Below are positions 10,340-19,683 of a DNA stretch of 64,000 bases, piece by piece. A model generated the notes under the pieces. It was not told the DNA's origin. It made no database searches and saw nothing but the letters and a program-made list of their open reading frames with translations. Where the stretch lies: IMG/VR virus record IMGVR_UViG_3300033066_001190, positions 32,001-96,000 of that record; one strand, 5' to 3'. This DNA comes from a virus. Taxonomy: Duplodnaviria > Caudoviricetes. Within the stretch, counting starts at the first letter, position 1. Every line of letters starts with the position of its first letter. A program made the position numbers and the translations under genes.

Positions 10340-10913
10340 CTGCAATACATCTAGCAACGATTTTAATTACACTCCTTTTAAACATACCAGCGATGAAATC
10401 AAGTGGGTTGGAGAGTCTGTAGAATGTTTAAATGTTTGCAGAGGATCTTCTATCACTGTATTAGAACAAGCCATACTTAATAAACTTTGTATTCTAGTGG
10501 GAGAAACAAATATGTCTTCTGTAGATATACCTAGTTGTTTTATAACAGCTTGGATAAATAAAGACAAGACAATACTCTCTCTTTTTGAATTCCTTTTGGA
10601 TTTAGCTTGCGCACAACAAACAACGATAGATGGATTACCTACAACAAATAATCCTGTAATCACATTGGATTATAAATGTTGTGAAGATAATCCTTGTATT
10701 CAAACCGTTGCTGTAACAGTTTCCACACACTTACAACAAATATTAGATTGTATTTGTGCTTTAAATGCTAGAGTGGTAGAGCTTGAATCTCAAGTTTCTA
10801 CATTTGCTACACAAAGTTCAGTGACAGCTTTAAGTCAACAAATTCAATGTTTGAAAACTTCCATAAATTTATGGAATCAATCAACAGATAACCCTATAAC
10901 AATCAATTGCTAA
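10332..10913 (+). CDS. Cys-rich fibre/collar protein with coiled coil
   Basis: Repeated Cys-containing L..IL..C modules; coiled-coil end. Confidence 0.5.
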   Translation: MNNCNTSSNDFNYTPFKHTSDEIKWVGESVECLNVCRGSSITVLEQAILNKLCILVGETNMSSVDIPSCFITAWINKDKTILSLFEFLLDLACAQQTTIDGLPTTNNPVITLDYKCCEDNPCIQTVAVTVSTHLQQILDCICALNARVVELESQVSTFATQSSVTALSQQIQCLKTSINLWNQSTDNPITINC

Positions 10914-11656
10914 TGAGTTGCACAGATTGCAGAGATAGTATTTTAAATAACCAAGGTAGTATTATAGCTACACCAGCGTGTCAAGATAATTGTCCTGAAG
11001 AAGTTGATTGTGCAGGTATTAGCACCTATTCTAAATGTGTTATGGTTGGTATTGCATTAGAATGCATTGACACTCAACCTAATACGCCTTTGGATACAGT
11101 ATTAGCATTACTAGATAATAAAGCTTGTCAGGCGTATACAGATACATATAAAGTAAAAGTAGATGTAGATGACACATGTCCAGGATTTTTAGATGATAAA
11201 ATTGAATCTGATTCTTTTGTTATAGATATTTCTGATAATTCAGGTTGTAAAAAAATTACAATAAATGAAAAGAGATGGGCAGATCTTTATGAAGATTTCC
11301 CAACTTTAAGTTCTCCTTGGGAAGAAGCAACAGGAACTGTAGCCTCATTACAATATGCTATCAGAAACGATGAAGTAAGATTTAAAGGAGCTATCACAAT
11401 TCCCACAATTGGTAATGAATATCCTTCTGGAGGTTATGTAAATATTGCAACTCTTCCAGCAGAAGCTTGTCCAACAGAACCAAGAATATTTTTTCAAACA
11501 TTTGGTAAAAGCGCACCTCCTGCAAATGCTCCTGTACAATGGACATTGATTATTAATACTGATGGTAGTATTGATATTATAACTAATACTTTATCTCCAG
11601 GAGATACTTTTGGAAGTATAGTTTTTTATTTAGACATTGTTAATTACACCTTATAA
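10913..11656 (+). CDS. Fibre protein with receptor-binding-type C-terminal head
   Basis: Cys-rich N-terminus; C-terminal YAIRNDEVRFKG...IATLPAEACP resembles phage fibre tip domains; TAATG coupling. Confidence 0.55.
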   Translation: MSCTDCRDSILNNQGSIIATPACQDNCPEEVDCAGISTYSKCVMVGIALECIDTQPNTPLDTVLALLDNKACQAYTDTYKVKVDVDDTCPGFLDDKIESDSFVIDISDNSGCKKITINEKRWADLYEDFPTLSSPWEEATGTVASLQYAIRNDEVRFKGAITIPTIGNEYPSGGYVNIATLPAEACPTEPRIFFQTFGKSAPPANAPVQWTLIINTDGSIDIITNTLSPGDTFGSIVFYLDIVNYTL

Positions 11657-12636
11657 TGAGTTGCCCAGAAACCCCAGATAATTGCGGATGCTTATATCCT
11701 TCTAATACAAATTGTGTTGTACTAAAAGGTATTAATACAAACTGCCTATCGTTGGAAAATGGTACACCCCTATCTGATGCACTTAATACTATATTGAGTT
11801 CTGTTTGTGATTCAGTTCCACCTTCAGGGGTAAATCTAGTAGAATTGAGTCAAGGTAATGGAATTGTTATTACAGAAAATGTTGTAGGTGACACTAGAAT
11901 TTATACAATTGGTGTTAGTTCCTCTCTGATTAATCAGATAAATAACAATAGTTCTAAAATAACTACCCTTCAAGGATGTGTGCAGAATTCAGTTTTAAAC
12001 ATTACTTCTGATACATTAACTGTTACACAAACAGCAGCTACAGCATGTGGAAGAACTTTAAATCTTGAAATTGCTGTACCAACAGGAATTAGCTTGGATG
12101 GAATTATCGAGAATGATTTAACTAAACATGGGGCAAATGGTTCTAGTTTAAACCAAGTTCTTAAAAATTTTAGTTATGATTTATCATCAGCAAAATCTGG
12201 AGATCAAGTAAAGTTACAAATAGTTGGTCAAGTAGGTCGCCCTGAAGGAGGTTTACCAGATAACATCACCATAAATCTTTATGACAAAACAGGAAGTTCT
12301 ATTGTTTTTACATTTGAAGATAATTTGTTTATAAGTAGCTCACCTGCACAAAAGTATGGATTTAATGTAGAAATCATTATAGATTTAGAAACAGATATAA
12401 CAAATGGTGAAGCCGATGTTGTTATAAATGCAATATGGAATAGAAATGCTGAATCTAATGGAACTGAAGATGCTTCAGGTAATATACCTCAAGTTCGTTC
12501 AATATTCAATAAATCTGTAAGTAATTTAGGATTTACAAACTTTGTAACAAAGGTTTTAACAAGCAATTATTCAACTTTGGGTTCAAGCTACACTTTCTTA
12601 AAGAAATTTACAGCAGAGGTTCGTAAAAAAATATAA
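11656..12636 (+). CDS. Fibre/spike protein
   Basis: Same Cys-rich N-terminal module (NCV...CL...TPLSDALN.I); GNGIVIT repeat. Confidence 0.5.
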   Translation: MSCPETPDNCGCLYPSNTNCVVLKGINTNCLSLENGTPLSDALNTILSSVCDSVPPSGVNLVELSQGNGIVITENVVGDTRIYTIGVSSSLINQINNNSSKITTLQGCVQNSVLNITSDTLTVTQTAATACGRTLNLEIAVPTGISLDGIIENDLTKHGANGSSLNQVLKNFSYDLSSAKSGDQVKLQIVGQVGRPEGGLPDNITINLYDKTGSSIVFTFEDNLFISSSPAQKYGFNVEIIIDLETDITNGEADVVINAIWNRNAESNGTEDASGNIPQVRSIFNKSVSNLGFTNFVTKVLTSNYSTLGSSYTFLKKFTAEVRKKI

Positions 12637-12637
12637 A

Positions 12638-13552
12638 ATGGCTCTATTAGAAACAGCTTCTATTATAACTTTAGATGGTACAGGTACAGAAATACCTACA
12701 ATAGTTCTTACGGATCCTTGTAGCTTTTATGTACTTCAAGGTTCTGTTACAACAACAGGTAATTATGCAATTGTTCCAACAGGTACTCCAATTGTAGGAT
12801 ATAAGGTTGAATTTTATATAGATGGGGTTATTGACATCACTACAAATAGTAAAACATTTAGTATTTTTGGTAAGACTTTAACACAATTACAGCTTTCAAG
12901 TCCTCAGAAAATAGAATGTAGGTATTTAGGTTCAAGTTGGTTTGTGCATATTATTCCTTCATTTGGATCAAGTGCAATTATTTCTCAAGCTAATTTAGGA
13001 GCAAATTCAGTTCCTGCATCAGCTATACCTAATGACAGTATTACAGATGCTAAGTTAGCTACAATGACAGCAGCTTCATTAAAATATGGAAATGCATCAG
13101 GAGATCCAGGAAATTTAGCAATTGGTAATAACCAAATTCCAATAGGAAATGGTACAACTATCACCACAACTACAGTTAGTTCTTTGTATGGATCAATGAT
13201 TTCTGGTAAATACTTCGTCATCTATGGTGATATTTCATGGACATCTGGAGAACAAAATAAGAGTTATTACTATTTGCCAGCAGGAAATAGTTATTCTTTA
13301 CAACAAATATTGTTTAGAAGCTATTCTGACATGTCTTCAGGAGGTTCTGCGGAATTAGAAGTGTTTAATAGTGGAACTTCTATATATGCAAATACAGCAG
13401 TTTTTGGTTCTGCTGCTGCTGCTGGAGCTTCAAATGCTTTTACATTTAGTCCTGTTGAACCTTTTTCAGCAGGAGATACTTTGGAATTACTCCCTTCAAA
13501 ATCAACCCCAGGAGGAAAAGCTAAATTTACAGCTTTATTCCTCATAGTATAA
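12638..13552 (+). CDS. Putative fibre protein
   Basis: S/T/G-rich; SITDAKLA motif typical of fibre shafts. Confidence 0.5.
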   Translation: MALLETASIITLDGTGTEIPTIVLTDPCSFYVLQGSVTTTGNYAIVPTGTPIVGYKVEFYIDGVIDITTNSKTFSIFGKTLTQLQLSSPQKIECRYLGSSWFVHIIPSFGSSAIISQANLGANSVPASAIPNDSITDAKLATMTAASLKYGNASGDPGNLAIGNNQIPIGNGTTITTTTVSSLYGSMISGKYFVIYGDISWTSGEQNKSYYYLPAGNSYSLQQILFRSYSDMSSGGSAELEVFNSGTSIYANTAVFGSAAAAGASNAFTFSPVEPFSAGDTLELLPSKSTPGGKAKFTALFLIV

Positions 13553-13598
13553 AATAAACGTTGCTGTTCTTTTTGTTGCTTTAAAGAAGCATGTTTTT

Positions 13599-13624
13599 AG
13601 GGAGGGGAAACCCTCTCTTTTTTT
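13599..13624 (+). terminator. Rho-independent terminator (GAAA loop)
   Basis: AGGGAGGG-GAAA-CCCTCTCT followed by T7. Confidence 0.85.
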
Positions 13625-13646
13625 GACAATTTTCAACCTTATATAA

Positions 13647-15119
13647 ATGACAAATTACGAAATCGAACAAAGGATTAGACAAATAGAGAGATCTCTACAA
13701 TGTAAACAATCCTGTAGTTCTTCTGGAAGATTTGCAGCTAGGTCTATAGATTATAGCACATTACTTAAACAATATCAAGAAGCTAAACTTAGTCCTGGGT
13801 GGTATTTAATAGAAGACTATCAAACCATTTGCAAAGTACAATTTACAGATAGTAGTCATGATGGATCAGGAGGTGATGAAATATTAAATACTGAAATAGG
13901 TAATTGGACACCTCTTGTAGAACCTCTTTATATCAGAGCTATTACGGAAGACACATTTGATCCCAATGTAGTAAGTGCATTATACCCAAGTCATAGTATT
14001 TTATATGATATTGATAATAGCATTGCCGAATATTATGAATATGACGGAATTAATCATAAAGGAGTTATTTATCACAGGTTGAGTCCAAAAGGGCAACACA
14101 GACAATATGATTTTATGTCTGTTGTCTTTCGTAGATGGGTAGATTCACTAGGAAGGTATGTAGAAGTAAAACCTACAGTGGATGTAAATGACTATCAGGA
14201 TTATTTGTGTAATTTTGTAGGAGCAGAAATAACTGTAGAACAATGTTTCAGCTCTTCTGCCCAATCTGAATTCAATACACAATATGGATTAGACAATACG
14301 GTGATTCAAGCCAAGGGTCTTGTTGTTTTTAATTTGGAAATTGCAGCCAATGCCACTACAGGAACTTATTCATTTTCTGGTTATTTTTCAGACCAACTTA
14401 GATTACTTGTTCAATATAATCCTACAGATTTTACATGTTATGTACCTGGAGTTGCTACAGTTTCTTCAATTGATGTAGTTAATAAAACCATAACTTTTGC
14501 TACAGCCCCCACTACAAGTGATTACAACAGTTATTGTGTAATAAGGGGTACTGATGCAGCCAATGGTTCTACAATTCAATATGCTTACGGTAATACGTTT
14601 GGAGGAAGTTTTAATGAAATACACAGTGAGTTTATACATAATACAATAGTGTATGGAGAAACTGGAGCTGTACATGCTGTAAGAGTTGGGGGAATAAGGG
14701 TGCAAAGTTTGGCTAGATTAATTGGAGCAGGAAGAGTAAGTAATTCTTTTTTTGGTAACCCTTTATGTACAGCAGGTACAGTGGCTAATCTATCGGCTTT
14801 TGTTTTTCTTGATAATTTCTTTTTGGGAGATGGTGATTTTACAGATAATATATTTCAAAAAGCAGCAAACTTAACAGTAGATGACAATAATTCAATAACT
14901 CATTCCACATGGCATACTTTAGAAACTATATTGTTTAATGGTAATGTTGCAAGTCACGAATTTAATAACAGTGTTGCCAATAAAACAATAGCCAATGTAG
15001 CAGATTTAAGCGATCCAACAAAAGAAACAAGTTCATTCATTGATTTGAATGATGGAAAACATTATTTGGTGGAATTTGTCGGAGGTGTATTATCTCAAGG
15101 AACTGTAATAACTAATTAA
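13647..15119 (+). CDS. Putative tail spike/receptor-binding protein (beta-helix-like C-terminus)
   Basis: LSPGWYLIEDYQT and YDF...FRRW motifs; N/F/G-rich C-terminus (GNTFG, NSFFG, NFFLG). Confidence 0.5.
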   Translation: MTNYEIEQRIRQIERSLQCKQSCSSSGRFAARSIDYSTLLKQYQEAKLSPGWYLIEDYQTICKVQFTDSSHDGSGGDEILNTEIGNWTPLVEPLYIRAITEDTFDPNVVSALYPSHSILYDIDNSIAEYYEYDGINHKGVIYHRLSPKGQHRQYDFMSVVFRRWVDSLGRYVEVKPTVDVNDYQDYLCNFVGAEITVEQCFSSSAQSEFNTQYGLDNTVIQAKGLVVFNLEIAANATTGTYSFSGYFSDQLRLLVQYNPTDFTCYVPGVATVSSIDVVNKTITFATAPTTSDYNSYCVIRGTDAANGSTIQYAYGNTFGGSFNEIHSEFIHNTIVYGETGAVHAVRVGGIRVQSLARLIGAGRVSNSFFGNPLCTAGTVANLSAFVFLDNFFLGDGDFTDNIFQKAANLTVDDNNSITHSTWHTLETILFNGNVASHEFNNSVANKTIANVADLSDPTKETSSFIDLNDGKHYLVEFVGGVLSQGTVITN

Positions 15120-15130
15120 ACCTATACGTT

Positions 15131-15397
15131 ATGGCAGAAAGAATATTCAATTGGTTTGATTTAATTTTAAACTATTTTACAGAACATTTATCCCAAGATC
15201 AGGTGGAAAAAAGCATATCTTTCATCACAGGCGATTTAGCAGTTATGGCATTTTTATGGATACACTTAGATATAAGTGATTTTTTAGTCAAAATATGTGC
15301 TACTATTATATTAGGTATAGTGGGTGGAGCTGCGGGTTTATGTGGTAAGGATTTGTATAATTGGGTAAAAACAAAAGCTAAAAAGAAATGGCATTGA
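15131..15397 (+). CDS. Holin-like membrane protein
   Basis: Two hydrophobic segments and a basic C-terminus; upstream of the endolysin. Confidence 0.55.
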   Translation: MAERIFNWFDLILNYFTEHLSQDQVEKSISFITGDLAVMAFLWIHLDISDFLVKICATIILGIVGGAAGLCGKDLYNWVKTKAKKKWH

Positions 15398-15687
15398 ATA
15401 TAGACAGGTTTAACTTCATACAGATGTTTAATAATAGCAAGGGTAAAACATCCTTGATGTTATTTTCATCATTTATTGGAGTTATCACTTCTTCTTTGAT
15501 ATTTACTTTATGCGGAGTTATAGCAGCATTTATGGTGATGTTTGAAGCCAAATCTACAGACATTTCTAATGTTCTAACATCATTAGCTATGCAGTCGGTA
15601 GGCTTATTTACAGTGTCAATAGGAGCATTAACAACTAGAAGATTTACAGACGATAAAACAATTACAAACGAAAATAAAGAAATATGA
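15388..15687 (+). CDS. Second holin/antiholin-like membrane protein
   Basis: Two TM-like segments; overlaps the endolysin start. Confidence 0.5.
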   Translation: MALNIDRFNFIQMFNNSKGKTSLMLFSSFIGVITSSLIFTLCGVIAAFMVMFEAKSTDISNVLTSLAMQSVGLFTVSIGALTTRRFTDDKTITNENKEI

Positions 15688-16208
15688 TTTGGTTATATGC
15701 AGGGCATAATAATGGGGACTGCGGAGCAATTGCAAATGGTGTAAAAGAAGCAGATTTAACAAAGGAGCTTAGAAACCTTGTCAAGCAAAAGCTTGATGCA
15801 AAAGGTGTAAAAGTCACAATTGATGACGATGCTGATAATTTAATTACAACAATCAAAAAAACAAAATCAACAGAAAATGACGTTATTATTGATATACATT
15901 TTAACAGTAGTGCTAGTGTCAGTGCCACAGGAGTAGAAACCTTAATTCCTGATAGGTTCACTGTAAAAGAACAAAATTTAGCTAAAATTATTTCTGCTGG
16001 AATTGCTAAGACATTAGGAATTAAAGATAGAGGTGTAAAAACTGAAATTGATTCCCATAGAGGTAGATTAGGTATTTTACATCCAGCAGGAACAAATGTC
16101 CTTATTGAGGTGTGCTTTATTTCTAATCTTAAAGATTTACAAAGCTACCAAATCAAGAAAAATTTAGTAGCAGATGTTATTGTTAACAGTTTAATTGGAT
16201 TAAAATGA
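15684..16208 (+). CDS. Endolysin, N-acetylmuramoyl-L-alanine amidase (Amidase_3)
   Basis: AGH..D.GA...G.KE, IHFNS and LIEVCFISN catalytic motifs. Confidence 0.92.
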   Translation: MIWLYAGHNNGDCGAIANGVKEADLTKELRNLVKQKLDAKGVKVTIDDDADNLITTIKKTKSTENDVIIDIHFNSSASVSATGVETLIPDRFTVKEQNLAKIISAGIAKTLGIKDRGVKTEIDSHRGRLGILHPAGTNVLIEVCFISNLKDLQSYQIKKNLVADVIVNSLIGLK

Positions 16209-16921
16209 AAAAAGTAATAGAATTCTTTAGTGATAAATTAAATAGAGTGGCAACAATAGGTGTTGTTGTTATTATTGTTTTAATTCTTTTGTTAGCAAAA
16301 TGTGGTTCTAAAAAATCAAACCTCGATTCAGCATTGACATCTTTGGATTCTTTGAAGATGGAATTTACAGTGAAACATGCTAAAGACAGCTCTATCATAG
16401 CTGAACAGGCTTTGCTGATAGTAGATAAGGACAATGCAATGATTAAACAAATAGAAAAGTTTGAAAAATTATCTAAAGTTAAAGCTAAGATTAGCACTAT
16501 CACTGTTACCAAGATTGATTCCGTACTTATCCCTATTGAAAAGCCTATTGTTATAACCATCGTAGATTCCTTAAACGATTCTACTAAATACCTAAAAACT
16601 CCTGCTGATTTTGAGGTTTCTAAGCCTGATTATTCAATCAAAGGAACTATCACTGATTCTTCTGTATTAGTTAAATCTATCCTAATTCCAGATACATCAA
16701 CAATCATCATTGGAGATAAATCTACAGGATTATTCAAAAGACAATCTATTGTAAGAATCAAACATTCAAACCCCTTTATTCAACAATCTTCAATGAACAA
16801 TGTAGTTGTAAAGGATGATAAAATTAATAAACCTGTTGTAGGATTTATTATAGGTGGAGCTACAGGAATTGTAGCTGCAACAATTGTTAATGTATTAGTA
16901 AACTCTTTAAAACCTCGATAA
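16205..16921 (+). CDS. Spanin-like protein
   Basis: N-terminal hydrophobic helix ending LAKC, C-terminal TM helix; directly after the endolysin. Confidence 0.55.
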   Translation: MKKVIEFFSDKLNRVATIGVVVIIVLILLLAKCGSKKSNLDSALTSLDSLKMEFTVKHAKDSSIIAEQALLIVDKDNAMIKQIEKFEKLSKVKAKISTITVTKIDSVLIPIEKPIVITIVDSLNDSTKYLKTPADFEVSKPDYSIKGTITDSSVLVKSILIPDTSTIIIGDKSTGLFKRQSIVRIKHSNPFIQQSSMNNVVVKDDKINKPVVGFIIGGATGIVAATIVNVLVNSLKPR

Positions 16922-17043
16922 TGGCAGCTAAACCCACTAGTAATAACTTTTCACCTAAACCTAAGAAAGGTAAATCTAAAGCTAAAAAGAAATTAAATAA
17001 ATCAGAAAAGAAGAATAAAAAGCCATACAAAGGTCAAGGTTAA
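16921..17043 (+). CDS. 40-aa Lys-rich peptide ending KKPYKGQG (absent from ORF track)
   Basis: MAAKPTSNNFSPKPKKGKSKAKKKLNKSEKKNKKPYKGQG; TAATG coupling; followed by a terminator. Confidence 0.7.
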   Translation: MAAKPTSNNFSPKPKKGKSKAKKKLNKSEKKNKKPYKGQG

Positions 17044-17067
17044 AAAATATTGTTGTTGATTGTTGTT

Positions 17068-17110
17068 AAGCCCTCCTTGTTACAAGTCTGTAATTTTGGA
17101 GGGTTTTTCT
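17068..17110 (+). terminator. Rho-independent terminator closing the lysis operon
   Basis: AAGCCCTCC...TTACA-AGTC-TGTAA...GGAGGGTTT followed by TTCT. Confidence 0.75.
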
Positions 17111-17330
17111 TTATTGACTAAAGAACAGTTTTCCTCTGCAAATCATTAGGTTTGAAGGTCTCTAGTCTTCTTTTGAGAGATGTTTTGTAGCAGTGATTTT
17201 ATGAAGTCCTTGTTGGAAAACTGTAAAAAGCAGAATGATCTGTTAAGAGCAAGGGTATAAAATGCCTCACTACTATCGGTGACTATTTCAACACCTTTTT
17301 GTAATTAGCTTTCACTAACTCTGCTTCCAG

Positions 17331-17455
17331 TTGGAACATAAATAAAAAACCCCCACTTTTTCAAGTGAGGGCTGTTCCAAAAGCCTCACTAAATGCTGAG
17401 ACCCAAGTAGAGAGGTTAGGAACAATATCTTACAACATTAGTTCTCAGTTAATGG
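17331..17455 (-). ncRNA. Candidate structured leader/small RNA with alternative terminator/antiterminator
   Basis: Minus strand: CUGAGA/UCUCAG stem; AGUGAGGC/GCCCUCACU competes with the CCCUCACU/AGUGGGGG-U6 terminator. Confidence 0.5.
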
Positions 17456-17461
17456 TTGTTA

Positions 17462-17469
17462 CAAAATTA
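17462..17469 (-). promoter_or_regulatory. Bacteroidota -7 promoter element TAATTTTG
   Basis: Reverse complement of CAAAATTA matches TAnnTTTG and sits immediately upstream of the structured RNA. Confidence 0.5.
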
Positions 17470-17561
17470 ATACTTTTATCGAAATTACAAAATAAATTGT
17501 CATTAAATTCATTTATTTTGTTTATCAATTTCTGATACTCAAAAATAAAAACTATATTCAA

Positions 17562-17987
17562 ATGACCAAAACAAAAACTGTTAAAAAAAGTAAAAAGAAG
17601 GTAGATAAAGTTGCTTTGATGTCGTTCTTAAAACTAAAAGCAAGAGAGCTGACCTATTCTAGAACCAAGTGGGAAGTAATAATATATGGATTATTAAAAG
17701 AACAAGGTATATTATTTGAATTTCAAGAGCCTATAATCACTAAAAATGGACATGGGTATATTGCTGATTTCTTAATCAAAGGTACAAACCTTATAATAGA
17801 AATAGATGGTAAGCAATGGCATGGAACTAAAGAGCAACAAAAAAAGGATAACTTGAGATCAAGAAGATTAAGAAAAGACGGTTATGAAATTTTAAGACTT
17901 TGGAATTCTCAAGTGAGTGTTTGTTCGAAACAAGATTTGATTAAAATAATAAAACAGGCTATAGATAATGCTACTAAGGTATTGTAA
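17562..17987 (+). CDS. DUF559/Vsr-like PD-(D/E)XK endonuclease
   Basis: T..E, YIADF, IIEIDG..WH, D..R...L...GYEILR.WN. Confidence 0.85.
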   Translation: MTKTKTVKKSKKKVDKVALMSFLKLKARELTYSRTKWEVIIYGLLKEQGILFEFQEPIITKNGHGYIADFLIKGTNLIIEIDGKQWHGTKEQQKKDNLRSRRLRKDGYEILRLWNSQVSVCSKQDLIKIIKQAIDNATKVL

Positions 17988-19434
17988 TACGTCTTCGACA
18001 ATATATCCCACTGATTACCAGATGATTGTAGTTGATTCATCTGGAGGGGATATTACGCTAACTCTTCCTGATATATCTTCAATATTTCCCCCTGGAGTAC
18101 CCACTACAATTACAGACACTGTTAATTCGATTGTTTACAACATAGGAATGTATCAAATGACAGTGGTTAAATCAAGTGCTGCTAATACAATAACTTTAGA
18201 ACCTCCATCAGGAGTTACAATTGATAACACAACTTCTTATGATTTAACAGCTTTAAATGAAACTGTAACATTTACATTTGACTATGCTCTTAAAAACTAT
18301 AGACTTCTCTCTACAGCCTCTCAATCTGTTTCTTCTGGCACTGTAACTTCTGTAGCAGCCCTGACAATAGGAACAACAGGTACAGATGTTACATCTACTG
18401 TAGTCAATCCCACCACAACCCCTGTAATCACTCTTAATATCCCAACAGCCTCTGCTACAAATAGAGGAGCTTTAAGTTCTACAGATTGGTCAACTTTTAA
18501 TAGTAAACAAGCAGCAATAACCACTGGAACAACTTCTCAATATTTTAGAGGAGATTTATCTCTGGCTACATTTCCAACAAATGTTTCCTCTTTTACAAAC
18601 GATGTTGGTTACATCACTTCCTCTGCTTTAAGTCCTTATTTAACTTCTGCTACAGCAGCGTTGACTTATCAACCAATAGGAAGTTATCAAACTCAACTAA
18701 ATGGAACAGGGTTTATTAAAATATCTGGGACAACAATTAGTTATGATAACTCCACATACTTAACAACATCTTCTGCTGCTTCTACTTATCAGCCTTTAGA
18801 TGCCACATTAACAGCTCTAGCAGCTTATAACACAAATGGTATAATTGTACAAACAGCAGCAGATACATTTACAGGCAGAACACTAACATCTTCAAATGCT
18901 GCTATAACAGTAACAAATGGAGATTGTGTTTCTGGAAACCCAACAATTCTTTCTAACAACAACACAATTACACTTGCTAATAGATATTTAAATACGTCTA
19001 CAGCAGGTACAACAGAAGAAATTGTTTATTCGCTACTGATTCCTTCTGGTACGTTATCTTCAACAGATGCATTAAAAGTACAAGCAGCAGCTAAGTTTAA
19101 TACGGCTGCAAATGCTGTAATTCGTTATTATTTTAACACATCTGTTACATTGGCAGGAGCAACACAATGGGCGCAAGTAGGTACAGCTAACCAAGTGACA
19201 CAAGTGTTAACAAGAACAATTTGGAATACAGGGGCTGTAAACACTAATCAAGTGATGATCACTGTTACCACATCACTTGCCTCTGATGAAACAGGTGGAG
19301 CATTAAATACTACATTTCCAGCTACATCAATAAATTTTGGAGTAGATCAATACCTCCTTATTTCATTAGCTGGTTCTGCATCAGGAACAAATCAAATTAA
19401 AACAGTGATTGTAGAGAAAAAATTACAAGTATGA
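17968..19434 (+). CDS. Tail fibre protein
   Basis: [34 protein letters not shown] and [12 protein letters not shown] fibre motifs; Thr/Ser-rich. Confidence 0.75.
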   Translation: MLLRYCNTSSTIYPTDYQMIVVDSSGGDITLTLPDISSIFPPGVPTTITDTVNSIVYNIGMYQMTVVKSSAANTITLEPPSGVTIDNTTSYDLTALNETVTFTFDYALKNYRLLSTASQSVSSGTVTSVAALTIGTTGTDVTSTVVNPTTTPVITLNIPTASATNRGALSSTDWSTFNSKQAAITTGTTSQYFRGDLSLATFPTNVSSFTNDVGYITSSALSPYLTSATAALTYQPIGSYQTQLNGTGFIKISGTTISYDNSTYLTTSSAASTYQPLDATLTALAAYNTNGIIVQTAADTFTGRTLTSSNAAITVTNGDCVSGNPTILSNNNTITLANRYLNTSTAGTTEEIVYSLLIPSGTLSSTDALKVQAAAKFNTAANAVIRYYFNTSVTLAGATQWAQVGTANQVTQVLTRTIWNTGAVNTNQVMITVTTSLASDETGGALNTTFPATSINFGVDQYLLISLAGSASGTNQIKTVIVEKKLQV

Positions 19435-19640
19435 TATTAATAGATAGCGTAGATAAAACAATACTAATAGGCAACCAAATCCAAACCTTTGATAATGCAG
19501 AATTGATAGATAAAGATGAAATTGGAATTTGGCTAAATCTATCTAATGGAGAAACCACAAATGTAAAAAGGTTGCTCTTTGTGTCTACTTTAATAGACAA
19601 TGATATATTAACTGAAGAAAGTTTACAACGATTGTTGTGA
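19431..19640 (+). CDS. Small hypothetical protein (possible fibre chaperone)
   Basis: ATGA-coupled to the fibre gene. Confidence 0.45.
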   Translation: MILIDSVDKTILIGNQIQTFDNAELIDKDEIGIWLNLSNGETTNVKRLLFVSTLIDNDILTEESLQRLL

Positions 19641-19683
19641 AATCAAATAAAAAACATATACATTTACAAAAACAAATTTAAAC

